A stretch of 64,000 nt of DNA, from NCBI GenBank assembly GCA_963713825.1, contig CAVQNG010000003.1, positions 672,001-736,000 of the forward strand, in the 5' to 3' direction. The stretch comes from an uncultured Acidobacteriota bacterium (GTDB lineage: Bacteria; Acidobacteriota; Thermoanaerobaculia; Multivoradales; JAHEKO01). Position 1 is the stretch's first letter; every line of letters starts with the position of its first letter. Made by a program: the position numbers and the translations under genes. Under the pieces are notes generated by a model, which was given only the letters and a program-made list of their open reading frames with translations, was not told the DNA's origin and ran no database searches. This document shows, in pieces, positions 9,776-19,431 of the stretch.

Positions 9776-11245
9776 ATGACTGCCACACCGCAGCCTCCGA
9801 TCGACTCCCAACCCCGATCGCGAAAGAGGACCCGACTCATGGCCATCGCGTTGCTGTTCTTCCACATTCTCGGGGCGATCTCCTCCATGCACGCCATCAT
9901 GAGCACCAGGACGTCCCAGGGAGCCGTCGCCTGGGTTGTCTCTCTCAATACGTTCCCCTTTGTCGCTGTACCCGCCTACTGGGTTCTCGGCCGCAACAAG
10001 TTCCAGGGCTATGTCACCGCCCGGCAACTGGTCGACGAGGAGCTCGTCCAGGTGGCGCCCGAAACCGTAGCTCACGTCGAGGAGTTCATGGTCTCTCGCG
10101 ACGAGCTCACTCCCGGCCTGAGGATGGTCGACACTCTCACCGACATGCCGTTCACCACGGGCAACGACGTCGAGCTCCTGATCGACGGGGATGCAACATT
10201 CGACAGCATTCTCGAGGGCATCGCGGGTGCCAAGGACTATGTCCTGTTTCAGTTCTACATCATCAAGGAAGACGAGTCGGCACCGCATCAAGGATCTCTT
10301 GATCAGAGGGCCAACCAGGGAGTGCGGGTCTTCTTCCTTTTCGACGAGGTCGGCAGCAGCAAGTTGTCGCGGAGGTACCAGAACGAGCTTCGCGAGGCCG
10401 GGGTCGAAGTCTCGGCTTTCAACACGACCCAGGGGCGCCGTAATCGGTTTCAGCTCAACTTTCGCAATCACCGCAAGATCGTGGTCGTGGATGGGCATAC
10501 CGCCTGGATCGGGGGGCACAACGTCGGTGACGAATACCTGGGGAGAGATCCGAAGTTCGGGCACTGGCGCGACACCCACGTGCGCCTGGAGGGACCCGCT
10601 GTCATCGGTGCACAGATTTCTTTCGCCGAGGACTGGTACTGGGCCACCCGCAGGTCCCTCGCTCTCGACTGGCTGCCCGACCCTTCGTCGACCGGCGACC
10701 GCAAGATACTGGTGATACCCACCTCACCTGCCGACACCAGGGAGACGGCTTCGTTGATGTTCATCCAGGCCATCTCCAGCGCCGTGGAACGGGTCTGGAT
10801 CGCCAGTCCCTATTTCGTACCCGACGAAGGCGTGCTCAAAGCACTCGAGTTGGCCGATCTGCGAGGGGTCGACGTGCGAATCCTGATTCCCGATGAGCCC
10901 GATCACATGCTGGTCTACCTCGCGGCCTTTACATTCGTCGATGAGCTCGCCAACACCGGCATCGGCTTCTATCGCTACACCGCCGGCTTCCTGCACCAGA
11001 AGGTCGTTCTCGTCGACGACCACATTGCGGTCGTCGGCACGGCCAACCTCGACAATCGGTCTTTGCGCCTCAACTTCGAGGTCTCGACCTTGGTGGTGGA
11101 TCCTCCGTTCGCGAGCCAGGTGGCTGCGATGCTCGAAGAGGACTTCGCCAAGTCGCGCAAGATGAGCCCCGGCGCATTTCGCGAGAGGCCCTTCTGGTTT
11201 CGGTTCGCGGCCCGGGCCGCCCGGCTTACTGCGCCGATTCTCTAG
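9776..11245 (+). CDS. cls: Cardiolipin synthase
   Basis: N-terminal TM pair with RTSQGAVAW, and two HKD motifs (RNHRKIVVVDG..GGHNVG and FLHQKVVLVDD..GTANLDNRS). Confidence 0.93.
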   Translation: MTATPQPPIDSQPRSRKRTRLMAIALLFFHILGAISSMHAIMSTRTSQGAVAWVVSLNTFPFVAVPAYWVLGRNKFQGYVTARQLVDEELVQVAPETVAHVEEFMVSRDELTPGLRMVDTLTDMPFTTGNDVELLIDGDATFDSILEGIAGAKDYVLFQFYIIKEDESAPHQGSLDQRANQGVRVFFLFDEVGSSKLSRRYQNELREAGVEVSAFNTTQGRRNRFQLNFRNHRKIVVVDGHTAWIGGHNVGDEYLGRDPKFGHWRDTHVRLEGPAVIGAQISFAEDWYWATRRSLALDWLPDPSSTGDRKILVIPTSPADTRETASLMFIQAISSAVERVWIASPYFVPDEGVLKALELADLRGVDVRILIPDEPDHMLVYLAAFTFVDELANTGIGFYRYTAGFLHQKVVLVDDHIAVVGTANLDNRSLRLNFEVSTLVVDPPFASQVAAMLEEDFAKSRKMSPGAFRERPFWFRFAARAARLTAPIL

Positions 11246-11254
11246 CGCCAGCCC

Positions 11255-12003
11255 TCAGTCGAGAACGAGCCTCGAATTGAGAGGCTGGATGGGCCGATTG
11301 TTGTCGAAGCCCAACAGGTCATGGTAGTGCTGGATCTGCGCGGGCGAGGCGATTACCGGCTGCTTGAGGACGATCCACTTCACTCCCTCCGTACAGGGAG
11401 GCGTGGTCAGGGAGCCGTTGTAGAGGAAGTAGTCTGACCGACCCTTGACCAGTTCGTTGATATCCACTGGGTCTGCGAAGGGGTCCTCGCCGCGCGCGGC
11501 CCTGAACGAGGGCAGCTGGTTCAAGCAGGTCATTGGACTCGCCCTCCTGGAAGAGCAGACCGACGACAACATAATCTCCCTTCTTATTCTGGTGAACGAA
11601 ATGCGTCTCCATCGGGAAGGCCTCGCCGTCGACCAGGTGCTCGCTCGGGCTGTGAAAATGAAACTGCTTGAGCTCGAACCGGTCGTCTTTGATGAGGATG
11701 TAGTTGCCGGGTCTCACATTCTCTTGGATGGCGTGCCCGGTGTTGACCTCGACGAGATTGCCGGGGTTGGTGTAGTCGAAGATCAACTCGGGTAGATCGG
11801 CGTCAGATGGGCCACAAGGTCGATCGGAGACTGGTTCCTCCCCTTGGCGCACATGTCGAATTCCTCCGCCAGCTCGCCCCAGTGCTCCGGTCCCTCCTCG
11901 CCCTCGTAGGTCCAGTGGGCGCCTTCGCTTGCCCAGGCAGATGAGGTACAGCAGCGATCGCGGTCAGCAGCATGAAACACAGCAACGCGGGTATGTAACG
12001 CAT
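11255..12003 (-). CDS. cah: Alpha-class carbonic anhydrase, secreted (frameshifted)
   Basis: [37 protein letters not shown] (Zn ligands), [23 protein letters not shown], spread over 3-4 frames. Confidence 0.9.
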
Positions 12004-12071
12004 CAAGGAATTCCCTCTCACGGCTAGCTGTGGTTCGAGATCGCACCAGGTGTCGTAGCCCAGCCGAAAGT

Positions 12072-12876
12072 CTATCCGAGTCGCTGGCGAAGGAAATCCA
12101 CCATTGCGGCAGTGACCGCCTCGGGTTGCTCGAGGGTCGAGAGGTGACCAGCGCGCGGGATCTCGACCAGCTTCGAGTCGGGCAATCCCGCATCGATCTT
12201 CTTCGACAGTCGCGCGGGCAGAGAGCGATCCTCGGAGCCGAAAATGACCAGGGAGGGAACCTCGATCTCGCCCAGGCGGGCGACGACCGAGTCCCGGCGC
12301 ATCAGCATCTCCAGAAGTGGCGCATCGACTCCAGGTCGGCCGCGGCAAAGCGGCTCCTCCATTCCTCCACCAGTTGTCGGTTCTCGCGGCAGGTCGTAGG
12401 ACCGAACATCCCCTTCGACAATGGCGGGCAAGAAAGGGACGCAAACCCACCAGGCGGGTCGCCCGCTCCCATGGGCCGGTTCTTGATCTTGATCCAGGCC
12501 CGCTCGGCGCCGGCATCGGTATCGAGGAGGATCAGTGCGCGGACGCGCTCCGGGTAGCGGAGAGCGCGCTCGCATCGCGGTCATTCCGCCGACCGACAGT
12601 CCGGCCCAGACCGCCCGTTCGATCTCGAGGTGATCCAGAAGGGCCACGCGAATCCTCGACCAGGTCGTAGACCTCGAAGTCTTCCCGTACCGGACTGCTC
12701 CGCCCGTGGCCCTCGGTAGTCGACGTTGATCACCCGGTGGGACTCGGCCAGCTCGGGCACCTGCTCGCGCCACATCTCTCCCGAGCAGAAGAAGCTGTGA
12801 CCCAGCAGAATGGCCGGCTCCCGAGCCGATCTCTTCGTAGAAGATCTGCTGATGCCTGAGGTTCTAGGAACGGCAT
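12072..12876 (-). CDS. Alpha/beta hydrolase (enol-lactonase-like), frameshifted
   Basis: ILLGHSF..MW..Q, VDYRG, GLSVGG nucleophile elbow, [14 protein letters not shown]. Confidence 0.85.
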
Positions 12877-14821
12877 GGAAGCTGGACCAGCAGTCTACAG
12901 CAACCGTCGGAGTCTGAGCTTCGGCTAGCTCGGATCCTCGGCCGCCGTACTCCTCGCGCAGGGATTCCGTGTCCCAACCCTTGTCCCGGGTATCACCGGA
13001 GTCTTCCAGGTCGCCCAGCAGGAGGGTCTCGAGATCGCCGATGCGCTGGCGGGCGGTATGGATGTAGAGCTTGCGATCGTGGCGCATCTCGGCCAGCTCC
13101 CGCACCGCTGCCTCGTCATGCAGACGGAACTTCTGCGCTGCCCGAAAGGCCTGATAAGCCCTTCTCCCGAGAAGTCGAAGTGCTTCGACCCCGGTCCTCA
13201 AGCCGCTGTCGAGCTTCTCGCGATAGACGTGGTCGACACCCGCTTCGAGCAGATCGTAGGCCTCGCGACGACCTCCAGCTCGGGCGAGGAGGACGAGATG
13301 AGGGAAGTGTTTGCGGACCGTTTCGACAAGCTCCATCCGCTTGTCGTGGGAGTCGAGAGCCAGCACCAGGAGCTTCGCCTGATCGGCCCCCGCCGCCTTC
13401 AGCAGGTCGAAGCGGGAGGCATCTCCATAGAAGACCTTCAGACCCAGCTTGCGAAGCAGATCGACGCGATCCGAGTCGTACTCGAGAACCGTCGTTCCCA
13501 CCCCGTTGGCGCGGAGCAGGCGCCCCACGATGCTGCCGAAGCTGCCAAAGCCGGCGATGATCACGGGGTTTTCCTCGTCGATGACGTCGGCCTCCCGATC
13601 CTCCCTCTCCCGGGTACCGAAACGAGGCAGCACGATCTTCTCGTTGAGCAGCATCAGGATCGGTGTCGCGGCCATGGTCAGGGCGGCGACCGCCATCAGG
13701 GTGGAGGCCAAGCTCGATTCCACGACGCCCTCGCGGACGGCGAATGAGAACAATACGAAGGCGAACTCACCACCTTGCGCTAGCGAAAAGGAGAAGACCA
13801 GGTTCTGATCCAGGCTCATCTTGAAGACTCGCCCCAGCACCAGCAGAATCGCGAGCTTCACGACGATCAGCACGACCATCAGAGAGACGACGAGACCCAG
13901 CCGCTGCGAGATCAGTCCAAAGTCGATCGCCGCACCGACCGAGATGAAGAAGAGGCCCAACAGCAGCCCCTTGAACGGCTCGATATCGCTTTCGAGCTCA
14001 TGCCGATACTCACTGCGCGCCAGGATCACGCCGGCCAGAAACGTCCCCAGCGCCGGGCTGACCCCGACCTTGCTCATCAGCATGGCCGTTGCGATGACCA
14101 GCAGAAGGGCTGCCGCTGTGAAGAGCTCACGCATCCCGGTGCGGGCGATGAATCGGAAGAACGGCTGCAGCAGATATCGCCCCAGCAGGATGATCGAGGC
14201 CACGGCGGCGACGACCACCAGCGTTTCGGCCCAACCCGGCAGGCCCTCGACCCAGGTCGTGTCATGCCCGCCAGTTCCGGAGCCATGGGTCCGTGCGGCC
14301 GACGTCGCCAAGAGCGGCAGCAAAGCCAGAATCGGTATGACGGCGATGTCCTGGAAGAGCAGCACCGAAAAAGCGCTCTGGCCGCCTGAAGTTCGCAGTA
14401 GGCCCTTCTCCCGCAGGGTTTGCAGCACGATGGCAGTCGAGGAAAGAGCGAGTATCACACCGATTGCCAAAGCCTCGCGCCAGGTCAAATCGAAGACCAG
14501 ACCGATGACAGTCAATACTCCGGCGGTCAACACAACTTGGGAGCCACCCAGGCCGAGGATCGGCGCCCGCAAGCTCCAGACGCGGCTGGGCTCGAGCTCC
14601 AGGCCGATCAAAAAGAGCATCAGGACCACACCGAACTCGGCGAAGTGCAGAACGTCCTGGCCTTCCTCCCCAACCAGCCCCAAAACGAAGGGCCCGATGG
14701 CTACACCGGCCAGCAGATAGCCCAACACCGAGCCCAAACCCAGGCGCTTGGCAATCGGCACCGACACAACGGCGGCCGTCAGATAGATCAGGGCCTGGAG
14801 GAAGAAGCCCTCGCCGTACAT
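12581..14821 (-). CDS. kefC: Glutathione-regulated K+ efflux protein KefC/KefB (CPA2 plus KTN domain); native stop probably near 12925
   Basis: LGLGSVLGYL, HFAEFGVV, LSSTAIV, LLFQDIA, HELESDIEPFKGLLLGLFF, IIAGFGSFG KTN domain. The read-through past ~12925 appears to be a frameshift artefact. Confidence 0.92.
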   Translation of the reverse strand: MYGEGFFLQALIYLTAAVVSVPIAKRLGLGSVLGYLLAGVAIGPFVLGLVGEEGQDVLHFAEFGVVLMLFLIGLELEPSRVWSLRAPILGLGGSQVVLTAGVLTVIGLVFDLTWREALAIGVILALSSTAIVLQTLREKGLLRTSGGQSAFSVLLFQDIAVIPILALLPLLATSAARTHGSGTGGHDTTWVEGLPGWAETLVVVAAVASIILLGRYLLQPFFRFIARTGMRELFTAAALLLVIATAMLMSKVGVSPALGTFLAGVILARSEYRHELESDIEPFKGLLLGLFFISVGAAIDFGLISQRLGLVVSLMVVLIVVKLAILLVLGRVFKMSLDQNLVFSFSLAQGGEFAFVLFSFAVREGVVESSLASTLMAVAALTMAATPILMLLNEKIVLPRFGTREREDREADVIDEENPVIIAGFGSFGSIVGRLLRANGVGTTVLEYDSDRVDLLRKLGLKVFYGDASRFDLLKAAGADQAKLLVLALDSHDKRMELVETVRKHFPHLVLLARAGGRREAYDLLEAGVDHVYREKLDSGLRTGVEALRLLGRRAYQAFRAAQKFRLHDEAAVRELAEMRHDRKLYIHTARQRIGDLETLLLGDLEDSGDTRDKGWDTESLREEYGGRGSELAEAQTPTVAVDCWSSFHAVPRTSGISRSSTKRSAREPAILLGHSFFCSGEMWREQVPELAESHRVINVDYRGPRAEQSGTGRLRGLRPGRGFAWPFWITSRSNGRSGPDCRSAE

Positions 14822-15438
14822 CAGATCTCCTCTCCTGCGCCTCGCAGCAACTGGTTCAGATTCCAGTTGATGCGCGGCAGGTCATCCAGGCCATCCAACT
14901 TGACGCGTTCCTCACGCAGCGCCTCGACAAGTCGCCGATAGTCGTCTGCATGGGATCGGACCTCCTCGGCGGTCATTCCGTGCGTTCCGTGCACGACGAA
15001 AGGAGGCAGGTACTCCACGCCGCACAGTCGGAAGGTCTGCGCGATCGGTGTCAGGAACTGGCGCATGGTGAATCGATTGTGCCCGGCGGGTTCGTACGCT
15101 GGCTCACCGCCTCCGGTGGTGACGACGCTCAAGGCCCGTTTGCCTTCCAACATTCTGCCCTCGGAGCCGTAGGCCCAGCCATGCTCCAGCACGAGATCCT
15201 GCCACTCCTTGAGCAATGCCGGAGTGCTGTACCAGAAGAAGGGGTGCTGCAAGACAATCAGATCGTGCTCGACCAGGAGCGCCTGCTCTCTTCGCACGTC
15301 GATATCGAATTCCGGATAAGTCTCATAGAGATCGTGGAAAGTCACGCCTGGCAGGTCCCGCACCGCCGCCATCAGTTTGCGATTGACACGGGACTTCTCC
15401 AGCGCCGGATGCGCAAAAAGGACCAGTATCCTGTTCAT
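14821..15438 (-). CDS. kefG: Kef ancillary NAD(P)H oxidoreductase (KefF/KefG, flavodoxin-like)
   Basis: ILVLFAHP..SRVN, HDLYETYP, QHPFFWYSTPALLKEWQD, GWAYG. Directly upstream of kefC. Confidence 0.88.
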   Translation of the reverse strand: MNRILVLFAHPALEKSRVNRKLMAAVRDLPGVTFHDLYETYPEFDIDVRREQALLVEHDLIVLQHPFFWYSTPALLKEWQDLVLEHGWAYGSEGRMLEGKRALSVVTTGGGEPAYEPAGHNRFTMRQFLTPIAQTFRLCGVEYLPPFVVHGTHGMTAEEVRSHADDYRRLVEALREERVKLDGLDDLPRINWNLNQLLRGAGEEI

Positions 15439-15594
15439 GCTGCGGTCTCCACCGTCTCGCTGGCGGGAAGGATACCGGATTCTGACCCGGTTGCCCTTTC
15501 GTGCGCCATCGGAACGGGGACGCACACTGCCTCCGGTCGCTCCGGCCGCGTTCTGAGAGCAGGAATCTCGCTCCGACCATCAATTTCTATCGGA

Positions 15595-16553
15595 TCAGGT
15601 GCGTGTCTCGTTGACCGAGACCCAGTTGTACCAGAAGGTGTCGAATCCGGTGAGCTTTCGGCTCCACTGCCTCGCCCGCTCGTCGCCAGCGCCAGGAGAT
15701 CCCTCGCTTACTTGGCCTGGTACGACCAGGGATCCCGGAACGATCCAGGCCTCGGGAAGACTCGAAGATGGCGGCCTTTTTGCCCCGATAGAGGAAGAGT
15801 CGCTGGTCGCCCCAGCCCTCGACTTCGAGGACCTTGCCTCCCGCAAAGGCGGTATGAGGCACGGCATAGGGCTCGTCGTCCCTCCAGAAGGAGTAGATGG
15901 AATCTTTCGGCGCCAGCCGATGGTCGTCGATCTCGAGATCGCGGAAGGTGCCTTCGGAGTCGAAATAGTTGTCATAGGGGTTGTTCTCGATGTGCTCCTC
16001 ACCGTCGACGGAAAGCACCAGGGTGTCTGGATGGCGCCGGCGCCAGTCCTTCCAGGTGACCTTCTCGCCCCGGGGAAACTCCACCAGCTCGACGCCGTCC
16101 AGCTCTCCGCCGATGGCGTCGGAGGTCATGATCGACCACCAGCTGTCCGTCTCGCGATCCCGCATCACCAGGGAGGCATCCATCAGCGCCCCCGAGGCCT
16201 CGAAGTTCAGTTCCTTCTCTCCTACTTTGCGGTCGTAGACTACGGCCGTGTTGGCGAGCGGTCACCACACGGCAGCGAACGAGTTTTCGCCGATCCTGTC
16301 GTTCACCACTTCGTGCCGGTTGAGCAGGTTCAGGCTGTAGGCGCGAGCCTGCCCATCGATCTCCACTCCCAGGATCCAGGCGTCGTCCGCGATCTCCGCT
16401 TCCCCGGCGCTGACGAACTCTGGATTGAAGATCGCGGCGATCTTGCCCCGCTCGAGGATTTGCTCCACTCCCTCCGGCAGCTCGTCAGCCAGGCATCGCA
16501 CTCCCCAGACCGGCGCCCAGGCCAAGCAGGGCAAGCATCGTTCGTTTGCGCAT
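15595..16553 (-). CDS. DUF3179-family protein with in-frame UGA, probable selenoprotein (also frameshifted near both ends)
   Basis: GKIAAIFNP..ARAYSL..HEVVND..AVW[TGA 16262-16264]PLANTAVVYDR..FEASGAL..SLVMRDRETDSWWS reads in one frame. The UGA sits at the family Cys position. A signal peptide starts at ATG 16553, and the C-terminal FWYNW motif is present. Confidence 0.85.
16230..16248 (-). promoter_or_regulatory. Candidate bacterial SECIS hairpin
   Basis: 13 nt after the UGA: CGG-C-CGTA [GTC loop] TACG-A-CCG, with G at the first loop position. Confidence 0.6.
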
Positions 16554-16667
16554 CGCTCTCTCCAATTGCAATCCCCTCCGTTCGCCCACACTGCAGTCTA
16601 CGGCTGCAGTGCCTGAGCAGATCTCAAAGGTGGCCAATCCTACTCCGGGAGGGGTGCCCTGTCAGTG

Positions 16668-16716
16668 GCCAAAAAGCTCCACTAGACAGCCAAAATCAAC
16701 ATCTCGACGGCCAAAA
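16668..16716. repeat. Three GCCAAAA direct repeats with exact 21-bp period
   Basis: GCCAAAA starts at 16668, 16689 and 16710. Copies 2 and 3 extend to GAC(A/G)GCCAAAAT. Confidence 0.7.
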
Positions 16717-16756
16717 TGACAAAGGCCGGCTTTCTAGCCGGCCGTCCCTCTCTGCA

Positions 16757-16810
16757 TGTAGGGGAGAGCCTTGCGCCCTCCCACGGGCGGGGGCAAGCCC
16801 CGCCCCTACA
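16757..16810. repeat. GTAG-type REP doublet (inverted pair)
   Basis: TGTAGGGGAGAGCCTTGCGCCCTCCC-AC-GGGCGGGGGCAAGCCCCGCCCCTACA: GTAG at each outer end with imperfect internal palindromes. Confidence 0.75.
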
Positions 16811-16819
16811 TTGTTTGTA

Positions 16820-16859
16820 GCCTCAGTGCCTCAGTGCCTCAATGCCCCATTGCCTCAAT
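16820..16859. repeat. Octamer tandem repeat x5
   Basis: GCCTCAGT GCCTCAGT GCCTCAAT GCCCCATT GCCTCAAT, overlapping the stop of the PDZ gene. Confidence 0.8.
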
Positions 16860-17346
16860 CCACGTGCTCCGAGTACTCCTCTCCGTGGTAGTGAAGGACG
16901 TGCTCGCCGATCCACTTCGCCAGGATCTCCTCGGGCATTGGCTCCAGAGTTACAGTGATGTCCTGACCCTTTCCGTCACGCTCGATGCCGAAGGTCGCCA
17001 TGCGACCGGGACGAAACGCCTTGTACTCCTGCTTGAGCTTCTCTTCGTTGGCCTCGTCATAGGGCACGCCATTGAGCGAGGTCAGAAGGTCACCCTTCTT
17101 CAAGCCCGCCTCTTCCGCTGGACTATTGGGAGAAACCCACGTCAGTACGACGCCTCCGGCCTCCTCGCTCGCCTCCATGTTGATACCGACCCAGCCCCGC
17201 TCAGAGAACTGCTCCTTCATCGCTCGCACACACTCCTCGACTTCATTCGGGCACTGCTGCCCTTTCTTGCTCTCATCCCCTGCGAAGACCGCTGGGGCCA
17301 CCAGAATCGCTGTCACTGCCATTAGGGGAAGCCATGTCTTTCTCAT
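16855..17346 (-). CDS. Secreted PDZ-domain protein
   Basis: RBS GGAGGT, signal peptide, RGWVGINM..GVVLTWVSPNSPAEEAGLKKGDLLTSLNG. Confidence 0.85.
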   Translation of the reverse strand: MRKTWLPLMAVTAILVAPAVFAGDESKKGQQCPNEVEECVRAMKEQFSERGWVGINMEASEEAGGVVLTWVSPNSPAEEAGLKKGDLLTSLNGVPYDEANEEKLKQEYKAFRPGRMATFGIERDGKGQDITVTLEPMPEEILAKWIGEHVLHYHGEEYSEHVD

Positions 17347-17380
17347 CGAGTGCTACCTCCAGATCCTCACCGCTCGCAGA

Positions 17381-17668
17381 TCAGATGCAAGTACTGTAAG
17401 GATCGTCCGTGAGCTGGCAATCCGACGTATCCGTGGTGAAGCCCAACGCCGGCATGAAGCTGGGAAAGACGGATATGTCGTCGAGGGCGTTTCCACCGCC
17501 ACCCTGAGGTTGCGCCGGTGCATTCGCCTGTTGTTCCACCACCGGCGTAGAAACCTGACTATCGAGCACCGAGGCCGGGATGCCGGTCTCCTCACCCGCG
17601 CAGCCCGCCCCCGAAATCAAGAGCAAAGCGAGAGCGAGACCACCGACGTATCGGTACACGTAAACCAT
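17381..17668 (-). CDS. Small putative lipoprotein
   Basis: Hydrophobic leader ending GAGC (lipobox-like), Q/P/G-rich linker, terminal CxxxxxxxxxC. Lies co-directionally between two clear genes. Confidence 0.5.
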   Translation of the reverse strand: MVYVYRYVGGLALALLLISGAGCAGEETGIPASVLDSQVSTPVVEQQANAPAQPQGGGGNALDDISVFPSFMPALGFTTDTSDCQLTDDPYSTCI

Positions 17669-17799
17669 GTCGTACCAATGATAGTACGGGCCCGAGCCGG
17701 ATAGGGTTGCATAGGACAAACGGCTCAGGGAGATGCAGGGAAACGCGTACCGCTCCGAGTTGGAACCAGATCTCCACCTGGCTACAGCAACTCGATCAG

Positions 17800-19200
17800 C
17801 TACGGGGCGGCCGTGGCGGACCAGGCGCTCGTATCGCCACTCTCGAAGTCATCGGCGAAAAGCGGCCCCAAATACACGAAGGTTCCTTCGTTATCGTAGC
17901 CGTTGAACGATGGGCAGCCCACAGCCGCCGTCACCCCATCCAAAGCTATTGCGTTGCCACCCGAGCATGCACCCACCGGTGGCAGGTCCGGGATCGTCAG
18001 GGACCCCGCGAGAATCCAGGTTTCGATCGTCGCTCCCATGTCGTACAGGAAGACGGCGCCATCGGTTCCGACACCCGGTGCTCCGACGGCCAGGATTTGG
18101 TTCGACAGAGCCACCGAAGTGCCGAAACAGGCACCCTGTCCGAGGCCCGTGGGCTCGATGACTGCAGACTCGGTGATCGGGGAGGCCACACCGAAGTCGA
18201 AGACCAGGACAAGACCCGCGTTGAACGCGACCTGGTCGGAAAGCGGAAAACCGATCGCTGCAGCAGCAACGATGACGCTCGGATTGTATTCCGCCGCCAC
18301 CGACACACCTTGCCCTACACCAACTTCAGGAGCCGACGGCTGCATGGTCATGGCCAGGTTGTACTTGTACCAGCCAGCCGGCTGTTGGTTGGCCGCCACG
18401 ATCACATACGCGCCGCCGCCATTGAATCCCGTCCCGTCCAGACCCTCGGTTCCAACAACGACATAGTCCGAGGCCATCGCCAGAGAGACGCCCATCCGAT
18501 CACCGTTCACCAGTCCAAAGAACTCCTCGGTGCGGCCCCATGTCGATGGGTCACCGGTGGGCTGAAAGATCGAGACCGAACCCTGTTGTGACCCACTCCC
18601 TGCCGGATCCCGGTTCTGCGGTGCGCCCACGGCAGCCACGAAGACCTTGTCATCCTTCGGGGAATTGGCCGGCTCGAAATAGTCGATCGCGACGGAGGTC
18701 CCGAACAGGTCGCCTGCCTGGGGCTCGTCCTGGACCAGCGTCGCGTCGAACTCCCAAGAACCGCCGCCCATGCGCTTGAAGATGTAGGCGGAGCCACCAG
18801 CTCCCGGAGCACCGACGATCAGATAGTCGACGTCGACGTCACCGAGAGCCACTCCGACCGAGGACCCGAACTCCTCGAAGGCGGCCTCGCTGGGCGACGT
18901 CAGCTGCTGCTTCTCGACCCAGCCACCTCCCTCACGCTGGAATACATACACGGCACCGGTGTCGAAAACCATGGGATCCGTCGCTGAGTCTTCACCAGGT
19001 GCGCCGATGACCAATACCTCGCCATCGAGCGCGACCGCGGCGCCAAAGTCAATTTGCGAACCGTTGGTGACAGGATTCGCGGCCTTCACCCGCACCGGGA
19101 TCTGGTCGAGGATGTCTTGCGCGCCCTGACCCATGACCTGCTGGCCCTGCAGGAGCGAGTAGAGGACGAGCGTCGCGACCCACCGTAGTGACGCCTTCAT
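17800..19200 (-). CDS. Secreted FG-GAP repeat beta-propeller protein with C-terminal FADDFESGDTSAW motif
   Basis: Repeated FGxxVAxxGxxxxxGAP..GAVYVF units, RBS GGAGG, and tail LFADDFESGDTSAWS. Confidence 0.88.
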   Translation of the reverse strand: MKASLRWVATLVLYSLLQGQQVMGQGAQDILDQIPVRVKAANPVTNGSQIDFGAAVALDGEVLVIGAPGEDSATDPMVFDTGAVYVFQREGGGWVEKQQLTSPSEAAFEEFGSSVGVALGDVDVDYLIVGAPGAGGSAYIFKRMGGGSWEFDATLVQDEPQAGDLFGTSVAIDYFEPANSPKDDKVFVAAVGAPQNRDPAGSGSQQGSVSIFQPTGDPSTWGRTEEFFGLVNGDRMGVSLAMASDYVVVGTEGLDGTGFNGGGAYVIVAANQQPAGWYKYNLAMTMQPSAPEVGVGQGVSVAAEYNPSVIVAAAAIGFPLSDQVAFNAGLVLVFDFGVASPITESAVIEPTGLGQGACFGTSVALSNQILAVGAPGVGTDGAVFLYDMGATIETWILAGSLTIPDLPPVGACSGGNAIALDGVTAAVGCPSFNGYDNEGTFVYLGPLFADDFESGDTSAWSATAAP

Positions 19201-19431
19201 GAGCACCTCCCGAGATTGTGGTGGCGTGATCATACACAATCCGACGGCTCGCGCTCAGTCACTGTCGAGAATCGCGGACTCGGCTATGACGGACGACATG
19301 ATGCCTCAGCAGAATAGGAAGTCGGGTTGCAGCACCGCGGGGTGTCGGGCTGTAGAGTGGCTACCAGCCCCATCCCACCCTCCTGCTTCGTTGGTTGAGT
19401 GGCCGGCGGCACCCAATCGCCAGGCGGTTGT

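Noticed and set aside
12581-12925. Apparent KefC-hydrolase fusion (746-aa ORF)
   Set aside because: The extension reads into the N-terminus of the separate alpha/beta hydrolase, which has its own ATG at 12876. A stop at 12925 in the neighbouring frame points to a frameshift artefact.
16485-16490. Second Sec codon (CCT GGC TGA after the DUF3179 signal peptide)
   Set aside because: The downstream coding sequence is in a different frame, so this is a frameshift, not UGA read-through.
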